Shown here piece after piece: positions 35,831 through 45,570 of a stretch of DNA of 64,000 nt. The position numbers and the translations under genes are program-made. Below the pieces are notes generated by a model that was not told the origin of the DNA, did not search any database, and saw only the letters and a list, made by a program, of their open reading frames with translations. The stretch is from an uncultured bacterium (GTDB lineage: Bacteria > Patescibacteriota > Saccharimonadia > UBA4664): NCBI GenBank assembly GCA_963740635.1, contig CAVUEQ010000001.1:529026-593025 (forward strand). The letters run 5' to 3'. Every line of letters begins with the position of its first letter. The stretch's first letter is position 1.

Positions 35831-36496
35831 TTATTTCTTAATCTTGAAAACCTCCGCGTACTTCATAGAAACCCCCTCATTGCTTCCAAAATTCCCGTTG
35901 GTCTCGGCCGAGGTTAGTGCGCGGTATGTGCTCAAGGCTTTGGCAGCGTCGGCCCAGTTGGTGCGCTTTAGTTGGGACAAATATTGCTTAAGGGCTTTGT
36001 ACTTGATATCCATGGCTTCGTCGTCGAACAGGTGGACGTAGTCCGGATCAAGGAGCGGCGTCCAGACTTCACCGTACCAAAGCGGAATCTCTGAACCCTC
36101 CAGGGCAGCATCAACAATCCGAGTGGCCTGGCGGTGAGTCGGATGGCGTTCGTATTCGCTGAGGGTAATTACGAGCTGGGGATGGTGTTCGGCGAGGGTC
36201 TGCTTAACTGCCGCGATATTCTCGGGGGTCACTTCAAGACTAGGGTTGTCAAAATTATAAAACGTCGCTTCGGCACCCAGCACATTACACGCATCGACCG
36301 CCTCTTTTTGGCGAATGCGGAGCTTCTCTTCGTCGGGCAGATCTTCCGGTACACCTTTCGGGCTATTAGCAAAGAAATAAACCAGGATTTTGTTTTCGCG
36401 ACGGCGAAGATCCGTCAACAGACCGCCGGCCGCAATTGATTCATCATCTGGGTGGGGACTAAAGAAAATGACAGTGGAGTTGCTTGGTAAATTCAT
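35831..36496 (-). CDS. PIG-L/LmbE-family N-acetylglucosaminyl deacetylase
   Basis: VIFFSPHPDDESIAAGG and a downstream HP.H motif (ERHPTHRQ). Confidence 0.8.
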   Translation of the reverse strand: MNLPSNSTVIFFSPHPDDESIAAGGLLTDLRRRENKILVYFFANSPKGVPEDLPDEEKLRIRQKEAVDACNVLGAEATFYNFDNPSLEVTPENIAAVKQTLAEHHPQLVITLSEYERHPTHRQATRIVDAALEGSEIPLWYGEVWTPLLDPDYVHLFDDEAMDIKYKALKQYLSQLKRTNWADAAKALSTYRALTSAETNGNFGSNEGVSMKYAEVFKIKK

Positions 36497-36560
36497 AATC
36501 GCATTGTATCAGGGGGAGAAAACGAAAAACTCCCGGGCGGGAGTTTAAGCATAAGTACAA

Positions 36561-36646
36561 TGGTGCGCGAGAGAGGAGTCGAACCTCCACACCGTTGCCG
36601 GCACTAGAACCTGAATCTAGCGTGTCTACCATTCCACCACTCGCGC
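36561..36646 (-). tRNA. tRNA-Leu (anticodon CAG), long variable arm, CCA encoded
   Basis: Acceptor GCGCGAG/CTCGCGC, anticodon stem CTAGA/TCTAG, loop TTCAGGT, T-arm GGAGGTTCGACTCCTCT. Confidence 0.9.
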
Positions 36647-36760
36647 GTGGGTGTGATAACTGGACTACATTAGCATAATTTTACTTGTACGGATAGTGCT
36701 CCGGCCGGTGTTCGCGACCTTTATTCTAGGCGGTTACCCATATATGTTTTTTACATAAAT

Positions 36761-36789
36761 TTGGTATGCATAAAAAATTTTAGTAAAAT
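36761..36789 (+). promoter_or_regulatory. Putative padR promoter with upstream imperfect palindrome
   Basis: TTGGTA, 17 nt, TAAAAT, with the ATG 8 nt after the -10 (near-leaderless). The imperfect palindrome TATATGT-tttt-ACATAAA at 36741-36758 is a candidate PadR operator. Confidence 0.35.
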
Positions 36790-36797
36790 CGAAATCC

Positions 36798-37199
36798 ATG
36801 TATCCCTTTTCCTATTTGCCGAAGCCTCTTGGTCACACTGACTTCTACGTTCTGCTCGTATTAGCAGATAAAGCGCTGCATGCGTATGCGATCAAAGGCG
36901 CGGTTGCGAATGCTTCGCTGGGAAGTGTATTGCTGCGCGATGGGAAACTCTACCCAATATTAACGCGCCTGGCTGAAGAGGGGTGGATTGAGGGGGCCGG
37001 CGAGATGCCGGCTGGTAAGTCGGGGAAGCTGCGAGTACACTACCGGACTTCGGAAGGAGGGCTCATTCGCTTAAGAGACGAGGCTCAGAGAATAAAGCAT
37101 GCCGTGGAAATTTTGAGAACGCAGGGATTGCTCGAAAATGACGTGCCGACCGACATTCAAAGGCGGCTGCTCGAGCACAGGCTGAGGTCGCAGGACTAG
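36798..37199 (+). CDS. PadR-family transcriptional regulator
   Basis: FYVLLVLADKALHAYAIKG...DGKLYPILTRLAEEGWIEG (winged HTH of PadR). Confidence 0.8.
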   Translation: MYPFSYLPKPLGHTDFYVLLVLADKALHAYAIKGAVANASLGSVLLRDGKLYPILTRLAEEGWIEGAGEMPAGKSGKLRVHYRTSEGGLIRLRDEAQRIKHAVEILRTQGLLENDVPTDIQRRLLEHRLRSQD

Positions 37200-38923
37200 C
37201 GGGCGGGGGTGAACCGCTGGCGGACGGTCCAGCGCTGGACATCGTAGAAGCGGTCGGCCGGGACGACCAGGCGGCGGGCTTGGATGCCGGCCACGGTGCC
37301 CGACGTGCCGTAAATGTAGCCGGATTCGTATAGCACGGCGGCCGGCGCGTCGGCGTCCCAGGCCTTCAGGAAAGCGTCGTATTTGCCGCTGCGCACCTGC
37401 GGGTCGCTCTTGATGCGGCCGGCCTCCAGGGCGCGGTCGGCGTCGGCGGAGCTGTAGCCCGACAGGTTGACGCCGGGGTCCTTGGCCTGGCTGGAGTGCC
37501 AAAATGGGTACACATCCGGATCGGAGCCGAGGTTCATGCCGTACAGCAGAATTTGGAAGTTGCGCGGGCGCATGTAGGTCTGCTCGAGCTGGTCGCGCGA
37601 GACGGCGGCCACCTGCACCTCGATGCCGAGCGCGGCGTATTGGCGCTTGATTTCGGCGGCGGCGCGCCCCAGCTCGGGGTTGTCGAGGGTGACGAGGGAG
37701 AACTTGAGCTTACCCTTGGGATACCCGGCGGCGTCGAGTTCGCGGCGGGCGGCCGTGGCGTCGAGCGGGGCGGGCTTGTACTTATCGGTGTAGCCGAGCG
37801 CGCCCGGAAGCAGCGGCTGGCTCACCACCACGCCCTGCCCGCCGGTGGCCGCTTTCAGGATTTTGCCGCGGTCGAGCGCGCGGGAGAGGATGAGGCGCAG
37901 GTTTTTATCCGCGAGCGTGGGGTCGGTGTTGGCAAAAAACAGCGTTTGCACGTCGGGCAGGGTGAAGTCGTGTTCCACGAGGCCGCTCTGTAGCCCCGCC
38001 TCCGCGGCGGTGTCGGGGTAGATGCGGCCCGGCGATGTCACCTGGCGCTGGGCGTAGGCGCGGACGGTTTCGGCAGGAGTAGCGTAGAATTTGAAATCAT
38101 ATTCATCGAGCTTCGGCTTGCCAAAGTAATACCCGGGGTTGGCGCTGAGCTCGATAACCTTGGCCGAGGGCGCGAAGGTTTTAATTTTGAACGGCCCGGT
38201 CCCCACCGGATTCTGGTTAAAAGACGCTTCGCGCAGCAGCGACGGCTCCACCGACTCCAGTAAGTGGCGCGGCACAATGCCGACCGTGGTGGAATCCATG
38301 AACGAGTTTAGGGCTTGGGGGAGGGTAAATGTGACGGTGTAATCGTCTTTGGCGTCGACCTTGACGCCTTCCCACGATGACGCCAGCGGCGACCGGGAGT
38401 CGGGGTTTTGGATAGCGGCCAGGGTGAAGGCCACGTCGGCCGAGGTGAACGGCACGCCGTCGTGCCACTTCACGCCGTGGCGCAGGTGGAAGGTGTAGGC
38501 CCTGCCGTCGCTGCTGACCTCCCATTTTTCGGCCAGGTCGGGCACCAGAGTCCGCCGCGAATTGTAGCGGGTGAGGCCGCTGTACAGGAGGCGGTTGATA
38601 TCGCCGGCCGCGGTCGACTCGGGCAATACCGGGTTGAGGGTTTGGACCGTGCCGACCGCCGCCTCGCTATAGGTGCCACCGGGCAGGGCAACGGCGATCT
38701 GAGCCAACCGGCCGAGCGCGCCAAGCTGCTGCAGCAGGCCCACCAGAGCCACCGCCCCCACCAGCCACCACAGGAGCAAAAAGCGCCGCACCACGCGCAC
38801 CTGGTGCCACTTGCCCCAAATGTGCCGGTTGATGTAGTCCTGAGCCGCTTCACTGACGCTGCGGCTGGTGCGCCGAAGCCGCCGTAGCGCCCTCCGGTAC
38901 CGGAACCGAAAATAGTTAAACAT
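37196..38923 (-). CDS. ABC-transporter family-5 (peptide/nickel) substrate-binding protein with N-terminal TM anchor
   Basis: LTRYNSRRTLVPDLAEKWEVSSDGRAYTFHLRHGVKWHDGVPFTSADVAFT is an SBP_bac_5 signature. No cognate permease or ATPase is present in the window. Confidence 0.85.
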   Translation of the reverse strand: MFNYFRFRYRRALRRLRRTSRSVSEAAQDYINRHIWGKWHQVRVVRRFLLLWWLVGAVALVGLLQQLGALGRLAQIAVALPGGTYSEAAVGTVQTLNPVLPESTAAGDINRLLYSGLTRYNSRRTLVPDLAEKWEVSSDGRAYTFHLRHGVKWHDGVPFTSADVAFTLAAIQNPDSRSPLASSWEGVKVDAKDDYTVTFTLPQALNSFMDSTTVGIVPRHLLESVEPSLLREASFNQNPVGTGPFKIKTFAPSAKVIELSANPGYYFGKPKLDEYDFKFYATPAETVRAYAQRQVTSPGRIYPDTAAEAGLQSGLVEHDFTLPDVQTLFFANTDPTLADKNLRLILSRALDRGKILKAATGGQGVVVSQPLLPGALGYTDKYKPAPLDATAARRELDAAGYPKGKLKFSLVTLDNPELGRAAAEIKRQYAALGIEVQVAAVSRDQLEQTYMRPRNFQILLYGMNLGSDPDVYPFWHSSQAKDPGVNLSGYSSADADRALEAGRIKSDPQVRSGKYDAFLKAWDADAPAAVLYESGYIYGTSGTVAGIQARRLVVPADRFYDVQRWTVRQRFTPAR

Positions 38924-39144
38924 TACTTTTTGAGCAGGATGCTGAAAATTACAGACAAAACAAAGATTACGGCCAAGACGATGGTGGCATTAAAAATTAC
39001 GGCCTCGGCGCCGCGGCGGGAGCGGTAAAAGTTGGTGTCGCCGCCGAAGGCCGCGCCCAGGCTGGAGCCGCGGGATTGGATTAGGATCGAGATCATCATC
39101 AGGATGGCGGATACGATGGTGATGGCATTAAACAGGTTTCGCAT
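38923..39144 (-). CDS. secG: Preprotein translocase subunit SecG
   Basis: 73 aa with two TM helices and LIQSRGSSLGAAFGG, the SecG signature. Confidence 0.85.
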   Translation of the reverse strand: MRNLFNAITIVSAILMMISILIQSRGSSLGAAFGGDTNFYRSRRGAEAVIFNATIVLAVIFVLSVIFSILLKK

Positions 39145-39496
39145 GTTTGGGCTCCAGAAGCTCGGTTAGCAGGTAATTGACGACCCAGATGATAACAGTG
39201 GCGACCACGGCGGTCCAGAACGACCGCAGCTGGAAGCTCGGGTAGATCTTGGTGACCAGGTAGAGCATGAACGCGTTAATTACGAGGGTAAACAGGCCCA
39301 GCGTGAGGACGATGGCCGGCAGCGACAGAATGACCACCAGCGGCCGGATGACGGCGTTGACGATCGAGAACAGGAGTGCCGCTATCACCAGCACGCGCAG
39401 TTTGTCGTTGTAGTTGATACTTCCCGTCATGAGCTCGGCGGCGGCCCACAGTCCGAGAAAGTTCACGAGCACGCGCAGGGCGAATTTGCGTAACAT
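39128..39496 (-). CDS. Phage_holin_4_2/DUF360-family membrane protein
   Basis: LVNFLGLWAAAELM..IAALLFSIVNAVIRPLVVILSLPAIVLTLGLFTLVINAFML. Confidence 0.75.
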   Translation of the reverse strand: MLRKFALRVLVNFLGLWAAAELMTGSINYNDKLRVLVIAALLFSIVNAVIRPLVVILSLPAIVLTLGLFTLVINAFMLYLVTKIYPSFQLRSFWTAVVATVIIWVVNYLLTELLEPKHAKPV

Positions 39497-39897
39497 AACG
39501 AGGCTTAGTGTAACACAATCCGGGTGTTAGGGCGAGATCTCTACTAAGGATCAGGGGGTCGTGGTGCGCTGTGGGCAGCGTGCGGCAACCGGCAGCAATT
39601 TTCGAGAATAGTCACAAACGAAAGGGTTGCCCATTTTGGGACATAGGATAAGCGGGAGTGGCTTTGATCGCTATGCCAAGCCTTTATATAAGCACCCAGA
39701 AATTGAATGTCCCAATTTGGCACATACATACTGAAGGGAGAATTCTTTTGTTCTTATAAGACAATACTATTTGTGTTTCGTGCGAAGCAATTTGCGCAAG
39801 GTGAACACGCTTTTTCCTGTAACGTGCATGCGTTTTTGATGCTTGCGGTCGCGGGAAGTGGCGCGGTTGAGGGCTTTTTGGATGTGGCGCTCGGTGC

Positions 39898-41184
39898 TCA
39901 CGATTGGCGGCCCGCCATGTTGGCTTCGACGGCCTCGGGTGCGCTGGGGATGGCCGCGGACAGCACTTCGTGGCCGGTGGCGGTGATGAGAATGTCGTCT
40001 TCGAGACGCACGCCGATCCCCTCTTCGGGCAGGTATAGCCCCGGTTCGCAGGTGACCACCATGCCGGGGGTGAACTCGAGTTCGGACGCTCGGGAGTCGT
40101 GGACGTCGAGGCCGAGGTGGTGCGAGATGTGGGGGTAATACTTGTGGAGTAGTTGCTTGGCTTGCGGGCCGGCGGCCTGTTTGGCGGTGATGAGGCCGAG
40201 GCCGGCCAGGCCGGGTAACAGGACTTCGCGCATGGTTTGGTCGATGCCGGCAATGGTAGCGCCGGGTTTGTGGGCGGCAATGCCGGCGGCCTGGGCGCGG
40301 TGGACTAATTCGTAGACGGCGCGCTGGCGCGGGGTGAAGCGGCCGCTCGCCGGCACCACGCGCGTGATGTCGGCGGCATAATAGCCGGCCTCGGCGCCGA
40401 CGTCGAACAGCACCAGGTCGTGCGGGCCGAGCTTGGCGGCGCCGGTGGCGTGGTGGATGACGGTGGCATTGGCGCCGGCCGCGACAATGGGGCTAAACGC
40501 CGGGCCGGTGGCGCCCTCGCGGATGAACTGCGCCGTGAGCTCGGCCTCCAGGGCGTACTCGGGCAGGCCGGGTTTGAGGGCCTTCCAGGCCGCGGACAGG
40601 CCGGCGCCGGTGATGCCGATGGCGCGGCGGATCTGGTCAACCTCCGCCGGCGCCTTCACGGTCCGCTGTTCGGCCAAAAACGGCACGGCCGAGCGCAGGT
40701 CGTGCATGGGCAGGCGACGGCGCAGCTCCCGGGCCCGCCGCGCGGACGGCCCGAGCGGCCCCGGCTCGAGGCTGCTCTCGGCGTTCAGGTAAACCACCCG
40801 GTATTTGTGCAATAGCCGGTCCAGAATTTGATCGAGCTCTGTGGTCCACATTACGGTTTCCACGCCGGACCGCTCGTGTCCCCCCTTTTGGGTGAGCCGG
40901 GTACCGGCCCACAGCGCGATGTGCTCGTTGGTTTCGCGCAGGAACAGGATTTCGCGAAAACGCTTGTGCGGGTGGCCGGGCGCCAAGATCAACACGGCGT
41001 CGGATTCATCAATGCCGGTGAGGTAATAAAAATCCGAATCGGGCCGAAACGGGTACTCAAAATCGCCCGGCCGGCGCAATACGTCGGCGGTGTCGATGAC
41101 CGCGATAGCTTCCGGGCCGATGGCTTCGGCCAGGCGGGCGCGGTTGGCGCTGTGAAATTCGGGCGGCAGCGGGTCGTAACGCAT
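39898..41184 (-). CDS. Xaa-Pro aminopeptidase (M24B)
   Basis: [25 protein letters not shown] and [22 protein letters not shown] are the metal-ligand motifs of M24B. Confidence 0.85.
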   Translation of the reverse strand: MRYDPLPPEFHSANRARLAEAIGPEAIAVIDTADVLRRPGDFEYPFRPDSDFYYLTGIDESDAVLILAPGHPHKRFREILFLRETNEHIALWAGTRLTQKGGHERSGVETVMWTTELDQILDRLLHKYRVVYLNAESSLEPGPLGPSARRARELRRRLPMHDLRSAVPFLAEQRTVKAPAEVDQIRRAIGITGAGLSAAWKALKPGLPEYALEAELTAQFIREGATGPAFSPIVAAGANATVIHHATGAAKLGPHDLVLFDVGAEAGYYAADITRVVPASGRFTPRQRAVYELVHRAQAAGIAAHKPGATIAGIDQTMREVLLPGLAGLGLITAKQAAGPQAKQLLHKYYPHISHHLGLDVHDSRASELEFTPGMVVTCEPGLYLPEEGIGVRLEDDILITATGHEVLSAAIPSAPEAVEANMAGRQS

Positions 41185-41191
41185 AAGGAGA

Positions 41192-41467
41192 TTATAACGC
41201 CTTAATCAGGGGCAAGAGGCGGGTATCTGCCAGCTTGTAGAACATGCTTGTCCCCCGCCTGGTTCGGATGACAATGCGGGCCCGGCGCAGGTACGAGAGG
41301 TGATGCGATATTACCGAATATGGGTACTCGAGCTGGTCCTGCAGTGCGCCAACCGGAACCTCCACATCCTCGAGCAGACTGATGATCTCGAGGCGGGTAG
41401 GATGCCCGGCCGCTTTGAGGATTTCCGCTAAGCGCGCAATACGCCTGTCCTGTTCCTCCAGCAGCAA
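41192..41467 (-). CDS. ArsR/SmtB-family transcriptional regulator
   Basis: AEILKAAGHPTRLEIISLL...VISHHLSYLRRARIV. Confidence 0.8.
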   Translation of the reverse strand: MLLEEQDRRIARLAEILKAAGHPTRLEIISLLEDVEVPVGALQDQLEYPYSVISHHLSYLRRARIVIRTRRGTSMFYKLADTRLLPLIKAL

Positions 41468-41488
41468 CTCGAAAAAATTTTCTGCGGG

Positions 41489-42580
41489 CTAGTAATTTCT
41501 CCGCACACTGAACTGAGCGATATCATCGAGGGCCGCCTTAGCAGGGCCCGATAAAGGGGCGTGCACGAGTGTAGCAAGGGCGGACTGAAGATATGATTCA
41601 GCCATAGAAGCGACCTTCTGGTGGGCGCCGGCGTCGTGGAGCACGGTTTTGACGGTCTCAAGCTCGGGGGCGCCGGACTCAGTGTGTCCCCAGACCGTGC
41701 GCAAAGCTTTGGCTTGGGTGGGGGTGGCAAGTTCGAAGGCGTAATGAATGAGCAGCGTGTGCTTGCCCTCGCGCATGTCACTATATATAGGCTTGCCCAG
41801 GGTGGCCTCGTCGCCGTAGACGCCGAGCAGGTCGTCGGCCAGTTGGAAGGCGATACCGAGCGACTCGCCGAATTTGAGGAGCTGCTCCCCTACCGGCCCG
41901 GGGGCGCCCGCGAATATGGCGCCCACTTGCAGCGGGGTGATGAAGCTATACGCCGCCGTCTTGTAGCGCGCGATTTTGAGAAGTTGGTCGGCGGTGGCAG
42001 GCTGGGCGCCGGGGATGGAGACGCTGACGTTGGTGAGCTGGCCGCCCATTTCTTCAAACAGCATGCGGTTAACTTTTGTGAGCGCGGCCAGTTTGGGTTC
42101 GGCGGCAAAATCGGACCCGGTGATAGCGGCCAATCCCAGCGCGCAGCTGGCATTACCGGCCATGAGGGCGTAGGACTGCGCGTGATGGTAGGCTTCGGGG
42201 TCGGATAGATGGCGCCGGCGAAAGACGTCGTAGTAGGTGCCGGCAACGTTGAGACCGCCGTGGCGCACGAGGTCCCGGTCCATAATGTCGTCGTGGATCA
42301 GCAGGAAGTTGTGAAACAGCTCCAGGCTGGCCGCCACCGGCATGAATGAGTCGTCAGCGTGTCCGCCGCTGCCGCGGTAGGCCAGATATGCGAGGTAGGG
42401 CCGCAAGCGCTTCCCGCTGCGCAGGAGCAGGTCGCGCACCACCTCGAGAAGCTGTGCATATACGGGATCAATTGCCTCCGCCTCGGAAATGGTGCTTTCA
42501 CATATAGAGCGCAAAACTTGGTCGATTTGGGTGCGAAAATCACCCAGGCTGACGATGTCGGTTTGGTGTGATTTGCTCAT
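41489..42580 (-). CDS. Polyprenyl diphosphate synthase (trans-IPPS, GGPP/long-chain type)
   Basis: First Asp-rich motif LIHDDIMDRD. Second Asp-rich motif FQLADDLLGVYGD. Confidence 0.85.
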   Translation of the reverse strand: MSKSHQTDIVSLGDFRTQIDQVLRSICESTISEAEAIDPVYAQLLEVVRDLLLRSGKRLRPYLAYLAYRGSGGHADDSFMPVAASLELFHNFLLIHDDIMDRDLVRHGGLNVAGTYYDVFRRRHLSDPEAYHHAQSYALMAGNASCALGLAAITGSDFAAEPKLAALTKVNRMLFEEMGGQLTNVSVSIPGAQPATADQLLKIARYKTAAYSFITPLQVGAIFAGAPGPVGEQLLKFGESLGIAFQLADDLLGVYGDEATLGKPIYSDMREGKHTLLIHYAFELATPTQAKALRTVWGHTESGAPELETVKTVLHDAGAHQKVASMAESYLQSALATLVHAPLSGPAKAALDDIAQFSVRRNY

Positions 42581-44025
42581 ACTGGTTTATCTGATCCAAG
42601 GTGCTCCCGCACGACCTGTGCCTTCGACGGGCCGACGGCGGCCGCCAGCTCATCGAGCGTGGCCAGCTTCACGCCGCGTACCGAACCAAACCGGCGGATG
42701 AGAATTTTGCGGGTGGCGGGGCCGACGCCGGGAATGTCGTCGAGCAGGCTGGCGGTTTGGCGCCGGCCGCGCAGGATGGTCTGGTAAGTGATGGCGAAGC
42801 GATGGGCCTCGTCGCGCACGCGCTGGAGTAGCTGGAGCACGTGGCTGGTATGCGGGAGGAGGATGGATTCGTACCGGGCTTGGCCAGCTTCGGGCCCGGG
42901 CAGGCGGCGGATGATTTCTTCTTCGCGCTTGGCCAGGCCGACCGCCGGCATGTGCAACCCCATGCCGTCGAGCACGCTTAGCGCCGCGGCGAGTTGGGGC
43001 TGGCCGCCGTCGATCAGCAGGAGGTCGGGGGCCGGCCACTCGGCAGCGTGCTTGGGGCCGAACCTCCGGGCGATGACCTCGCGCATATGGGCCGTGTCGT
43101 CGTTGCCCGTGAGGTTCATCTTGAAGCGGCGGTAGTCATCGCGGTGGGCGGCGCCGTCGGTGAACACCACCATGCTGGCGACATTGTCGACCCCGCCGAG
43201 GTGCGAAATGTCGAAGGCCTCGATGCGGCGCGGCGCACCGGCCAGACCCAGCACCTCGGCCAGCCCCGCCAGCGATTGGTCGCGCGACAGGTCGAAGGCC
43301 TCCTTGTCGCCGAAGATCATCTGTTTGCCAAACGAGCGCAAGTCGCTGAGCTGGTCGCGCAGGCGGGCGGCGGCCTCATAGTCGCGGCGTTTGGCGGCCC
43401 GCCCCATGTCACGCTCGAGCGCGGTCATCAGTTTGGTCTGCTCGCCGCGCAAGTACATTTCGAGCCGCCGCACCGCGGCGCGGTAGTCGGCCGCGGTGAC
43501 GGCCCCCTCCTCCGGCCCGGGGCACAGCCCCAGATGATACTGCAGACAGCCGCGCGCCGGCCAGTTGGCGTGGGTGACATACGGAAACACTTTGCGCAGC
43601 AGCCGCATCGCCCGGCGCAGGGCGTCACTGGAGGTAAACGGCCCATAATAATGCGCTTTATCGTCCATCGGCCGCCGCACGTATGAAATAACCGGGAATT
43701 CCTCCGCGCCAATCTTCACGTAAATGAAATTCTTTTCGTCTTTGAGGTCGATGTTGTACTTGGGCTTGTAGCGCTTAATGAATTCGGACTCCAGAAACAG
43801 CGCCTCGGCCTCGCTGCCGACAGTGATCCATTCGGTATCGGCAATATCAGCCACCAGCAGGCGCGTTTTGGGTTCGCGGTGCTTGTTCTGGAAGTAGCTC
43901 ATCACCCGCGACTTCAGCGACGCGGCCTTGCCGATGTAGATTATCTTCTTACCGGCGTCGCGGTGGAAATAAACTCCCGGCTCGGCCGGGAGGGTATTGA
44001 GCTTGGCTTTGAGAGCTTCCGTCAT
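42577..44025 (-). CDS. uvrC: Excinuclease ABC subunit C (compact, 482 aa)
   Basis: GIY-YIG (PGVYFHRD..IIYIGKA..LKSRV), UVR motif (YEAAARLRDQLSDL), endonuclease core (IEAFDISHLGG) and C-terminal HhH (IPGVGPATRKILIRRFGS). Confidence 0.9.
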   Translation of the reverse strand: MTEALKAKLNTLPAEPGVYFHRDAGKKIIYIGKAASLKSRVMSYFQNKHREPKTRLLVADIADTEWITVGSEAEALFLESEFIKRYKPKYNIDLKDEKNFIYVKIGAEEFPVISYVRRPMDDKAHYYGPFTSSDALRRAMRLLRKVFPYVTHANWPARGCLQYHLGLCPGPEEGAVTAADYRAAVRRLEMYLRGEQTKLMTALERDMGRAAKRRDYEAAARLRDQLSDLRSFGKQMIFGDKEAFDLSRDQSLAGLAEVLGLAGAPRRIEAFDISHLGGVDNVASMVVFTDGAAHRDDYRRFKMNLTGNDDTAHMREVIARRFGPKHAAEWPAPDLLLIDGGQPQLAAALSVLDGMGLHMPAVGLAKREEEIIRRLPGPEAGQARYESILLPHTSHVLQLLQRVRDEAHRFAITYQTILRGRRQTASLLDDIPGVGPATRKILIRRFGSVRGVKLATLDELAAAVGPSKAQVVREHLGSDKPV

Positions 44026-44054
44026 GAGTTAATTATACTCTGGAGATTTGGGCA

Positions 44055-44088
44055 TCAAAAAAGACCCGCTGGGCGCGGGCCATTTTTT
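44055..44088 (-). terminator. Rho-independent terminator after the KGG stress-protein gene
   Basis: Minus strand reads GGCCCGCGCCCAGCGGGTC followed by TTTTTTG. Confidence 0.5.
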
Positions 44089-44100
44089 GGATCTGCTTCT

Positions 44101-44346
44101 CTAGGCGGCTTTTTCGGCGTCGCCGCGGTGGCTGTTGGCGCCGCCCTTGCGGGCCGCGGCTCGCACGTCGTCCGGGTTACGGTTGGCAAAGTTACCGGGG
44201 TTGTTGCTCTTGCCTTGCTGGCTTCCGATTTCGGAGTAGAATTCCGGCCCCCGCTTGGCGGTTTCGCGGCCTCCCCTCTCGCCGGCTTCCGCCGTGCTCA
44301 TGGTTTCTTCCTTCTCGGACTTCATACTGTCGTGGCTTGTGGCCAT
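44101..44346 (-). CDS. KGG-repeat general stress protein (YciG/GsiB-like)
   Basis: GERGGRETAKRGPEFYSEIGSQQGKSN...ARKGGANSH. Confidence 0.7.
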   Translation of the reverse strand: MATSHDSMKSEKEETMSTAEAGERGGRETAKRGPEFYSEIGSQQGKSNNPGNFANRNPDDVRAAARKGGANSHRGDAEKAA

Positions 44347-44471
44347 ACACCCTCCAAAATTTAAGCATACCGACAGGTTAGCACCGGGGCTCAGGCCAGT
44401 TAACCGGAGATGTTCTAGAAATGCGCGAAATTAGCCGCTGAGTTTTGCCAGATCAAGATAACCGTTAAGGA

Positions 44472-45023
44472 TTAGCGGACGGGCACAGTCCCGATATTGC
44501 CTTGGGAGTGGCCAAAATGGTTGTACCCGGGCATGAGGGAGTCTGATGGCTGGGCAGCCTGGAAAGTGGCAAGGGCAATGGTGGAAAACGGGCTGCCGGC
44601 CTGAGCTTGGGCGACCGACTGCGACTGCGAAGTGGGCGCGAGCTTGCCGGAGTCCTGGCCGGCGGCTTCGGCCGACACCGCGCCGGCAATCTGGCCCGAG
44701 ATGGCGGGAGCGACGGCCACGGCCGCCGTGGCGACCGGGGCCGGCGCCTCGGCGGCGACCGCCGGGCGCAACGACGCCGACACGAGGCGGCCGGCGCCAA
44801 TGCCGCCGGCGATGGCGGCCGCGGCCCAAATTAGCGTGAGGCCGATGCGGGCCTGCCGGTGGGTGATACCGCGGCGGGCCGGTGCGGCGGCCGGCGGATC
44901 GGAGGCCGGCGCTGACTCCGGCCGCGCCGGGATTACGCCGCCGGGAATGGCCGAGGCCAGGGATTCGTCGAACATCGGCGGCCGGTTGCGGGCGGTTCTA
45001 GCAGGTTGAACGGGCTTGGTCAT
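44472..45023 (-). CDS. Ala/Pro-rich membrane-anchored hypothetical protein
   Basis: A single TM (IGLTLIWAAAAIAGGIGAG) after a basic N-terminus. The antisense ORFs are Arg/Gly shadow. Confidence 0.5.
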   Translation of the reverse strand: MTKPVQPARTARNRPPMFDESLASAIPGGVIPARPESAPASDPPAAAPARRGITHRQARIGLTLIWAAAAIAGGIGAGRLVSASLRPAVAAEAPAPVATAAVAVAPAISGQIAGAVSAEAAGQDSGKLAPTSQSQSVAQAQAGSPFSTIALATFQAAQPSDSLMPGYNHFGHSQGNIGTVPVR

Positions 45024-45144
45024 CAGAAAATCTCCTTATAACACCCTCACTCGTCGAACTATGTACGTGACGCATTATTATAACAGATTTGCGTCACTTT
45101 TATGTCAGCAAGAAGCTAACGCCTCATTATGCTATTTACCGAAC

Positions 45145-45570
45145 CTACGCTGCGACTGACTTATTAAAGTCCCGCCTCAGCTTCTTCACCCGCCGGTCAA
45201 TCCGGCTTACCCTCGCCGCCTCGGCCTTGTAATCATCCTCAAGCATAACCTTCACGCCATCGATTTTAGTACTAAGTTTCGTATCAACGCCATCGATCTT
45301 AGTACCAAGTTTCGACTCAACGTCATCGATCCTAGTACTTAGTCTAGTATCAACGTCTTCGATCTTTTGACCCAATCTTGTCTCGACTTCATCAATCTTT
45401 TGGCCAAGTCTTGCCTCGACGCCATCAATATTCTTGCCCAATCTTGTCTCAACGGTATTGATCTTCTTGTCCAGACTCTGCAAACCTTCCTTTGTTGCAA
45501 GACCCTGCAGATCTTCCTTGGTTGCAAAAACCTGCTTCAAATCTTCAATCGTAAAATCTACATTTGCCAT
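45145..45570 (-). CDS. Small coiled-coil protein built from six 11-residue (hendecad) repeats
   Basis: VETRLGKNIDG / VEARLGQKIDE / VETRLGQKIED / VDTRLSTRIDD / VESKLGTKIDG / VDTKLSTKIDG. The gene sits in a locally low-GC islet. Confidence 0.65.
   Translation of the reverse strand: MANVDFTIEDLKQVFATKEDLQGLATKEGLQSLDKKINTVETRLGKNIDGVEARLGQKIDEVETRLGQKIEDVDTRLSTRIDDVESKLGTKIDGVDTKLSTKIDGVKVMLEDDYKAEAARVSRIDRRVKKLRRDFNKSVAA
45243..45459 (-). repeat. 33-bp in-frame tandem repeats (about 6.5 copies)
   Basis: This is the DNA counterpart of the hendecad repeats. The copies are contiguous, with no unique spacers between them. Confidence 0.7.

Noticed and set aside
37196-37199. The convergent padR and SBP genes share the palindrome CTAG as both stop codons.
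   Set aside because: This is real, but it is a trivial consequence of tight packing and carries no functional inference.
39544-40280. ORFs 39544..39729, 39684..40280 and 39707..40138 in and around the gap after the aminopeptidase gene.
   Set aside because: They are Pro/Arg/Ser-rich or overlap the well-supported M24B peptidase gene out of frame. There is no RBS or motif support.
45243-45459. Regular 33-bp repeats considered as a possible mini-CRISPR array.
   Set aside because: The repeats are contiguous with no unique spacers between them. They are in frame and encode the hendecad protein repeats, and there are no cas genes.
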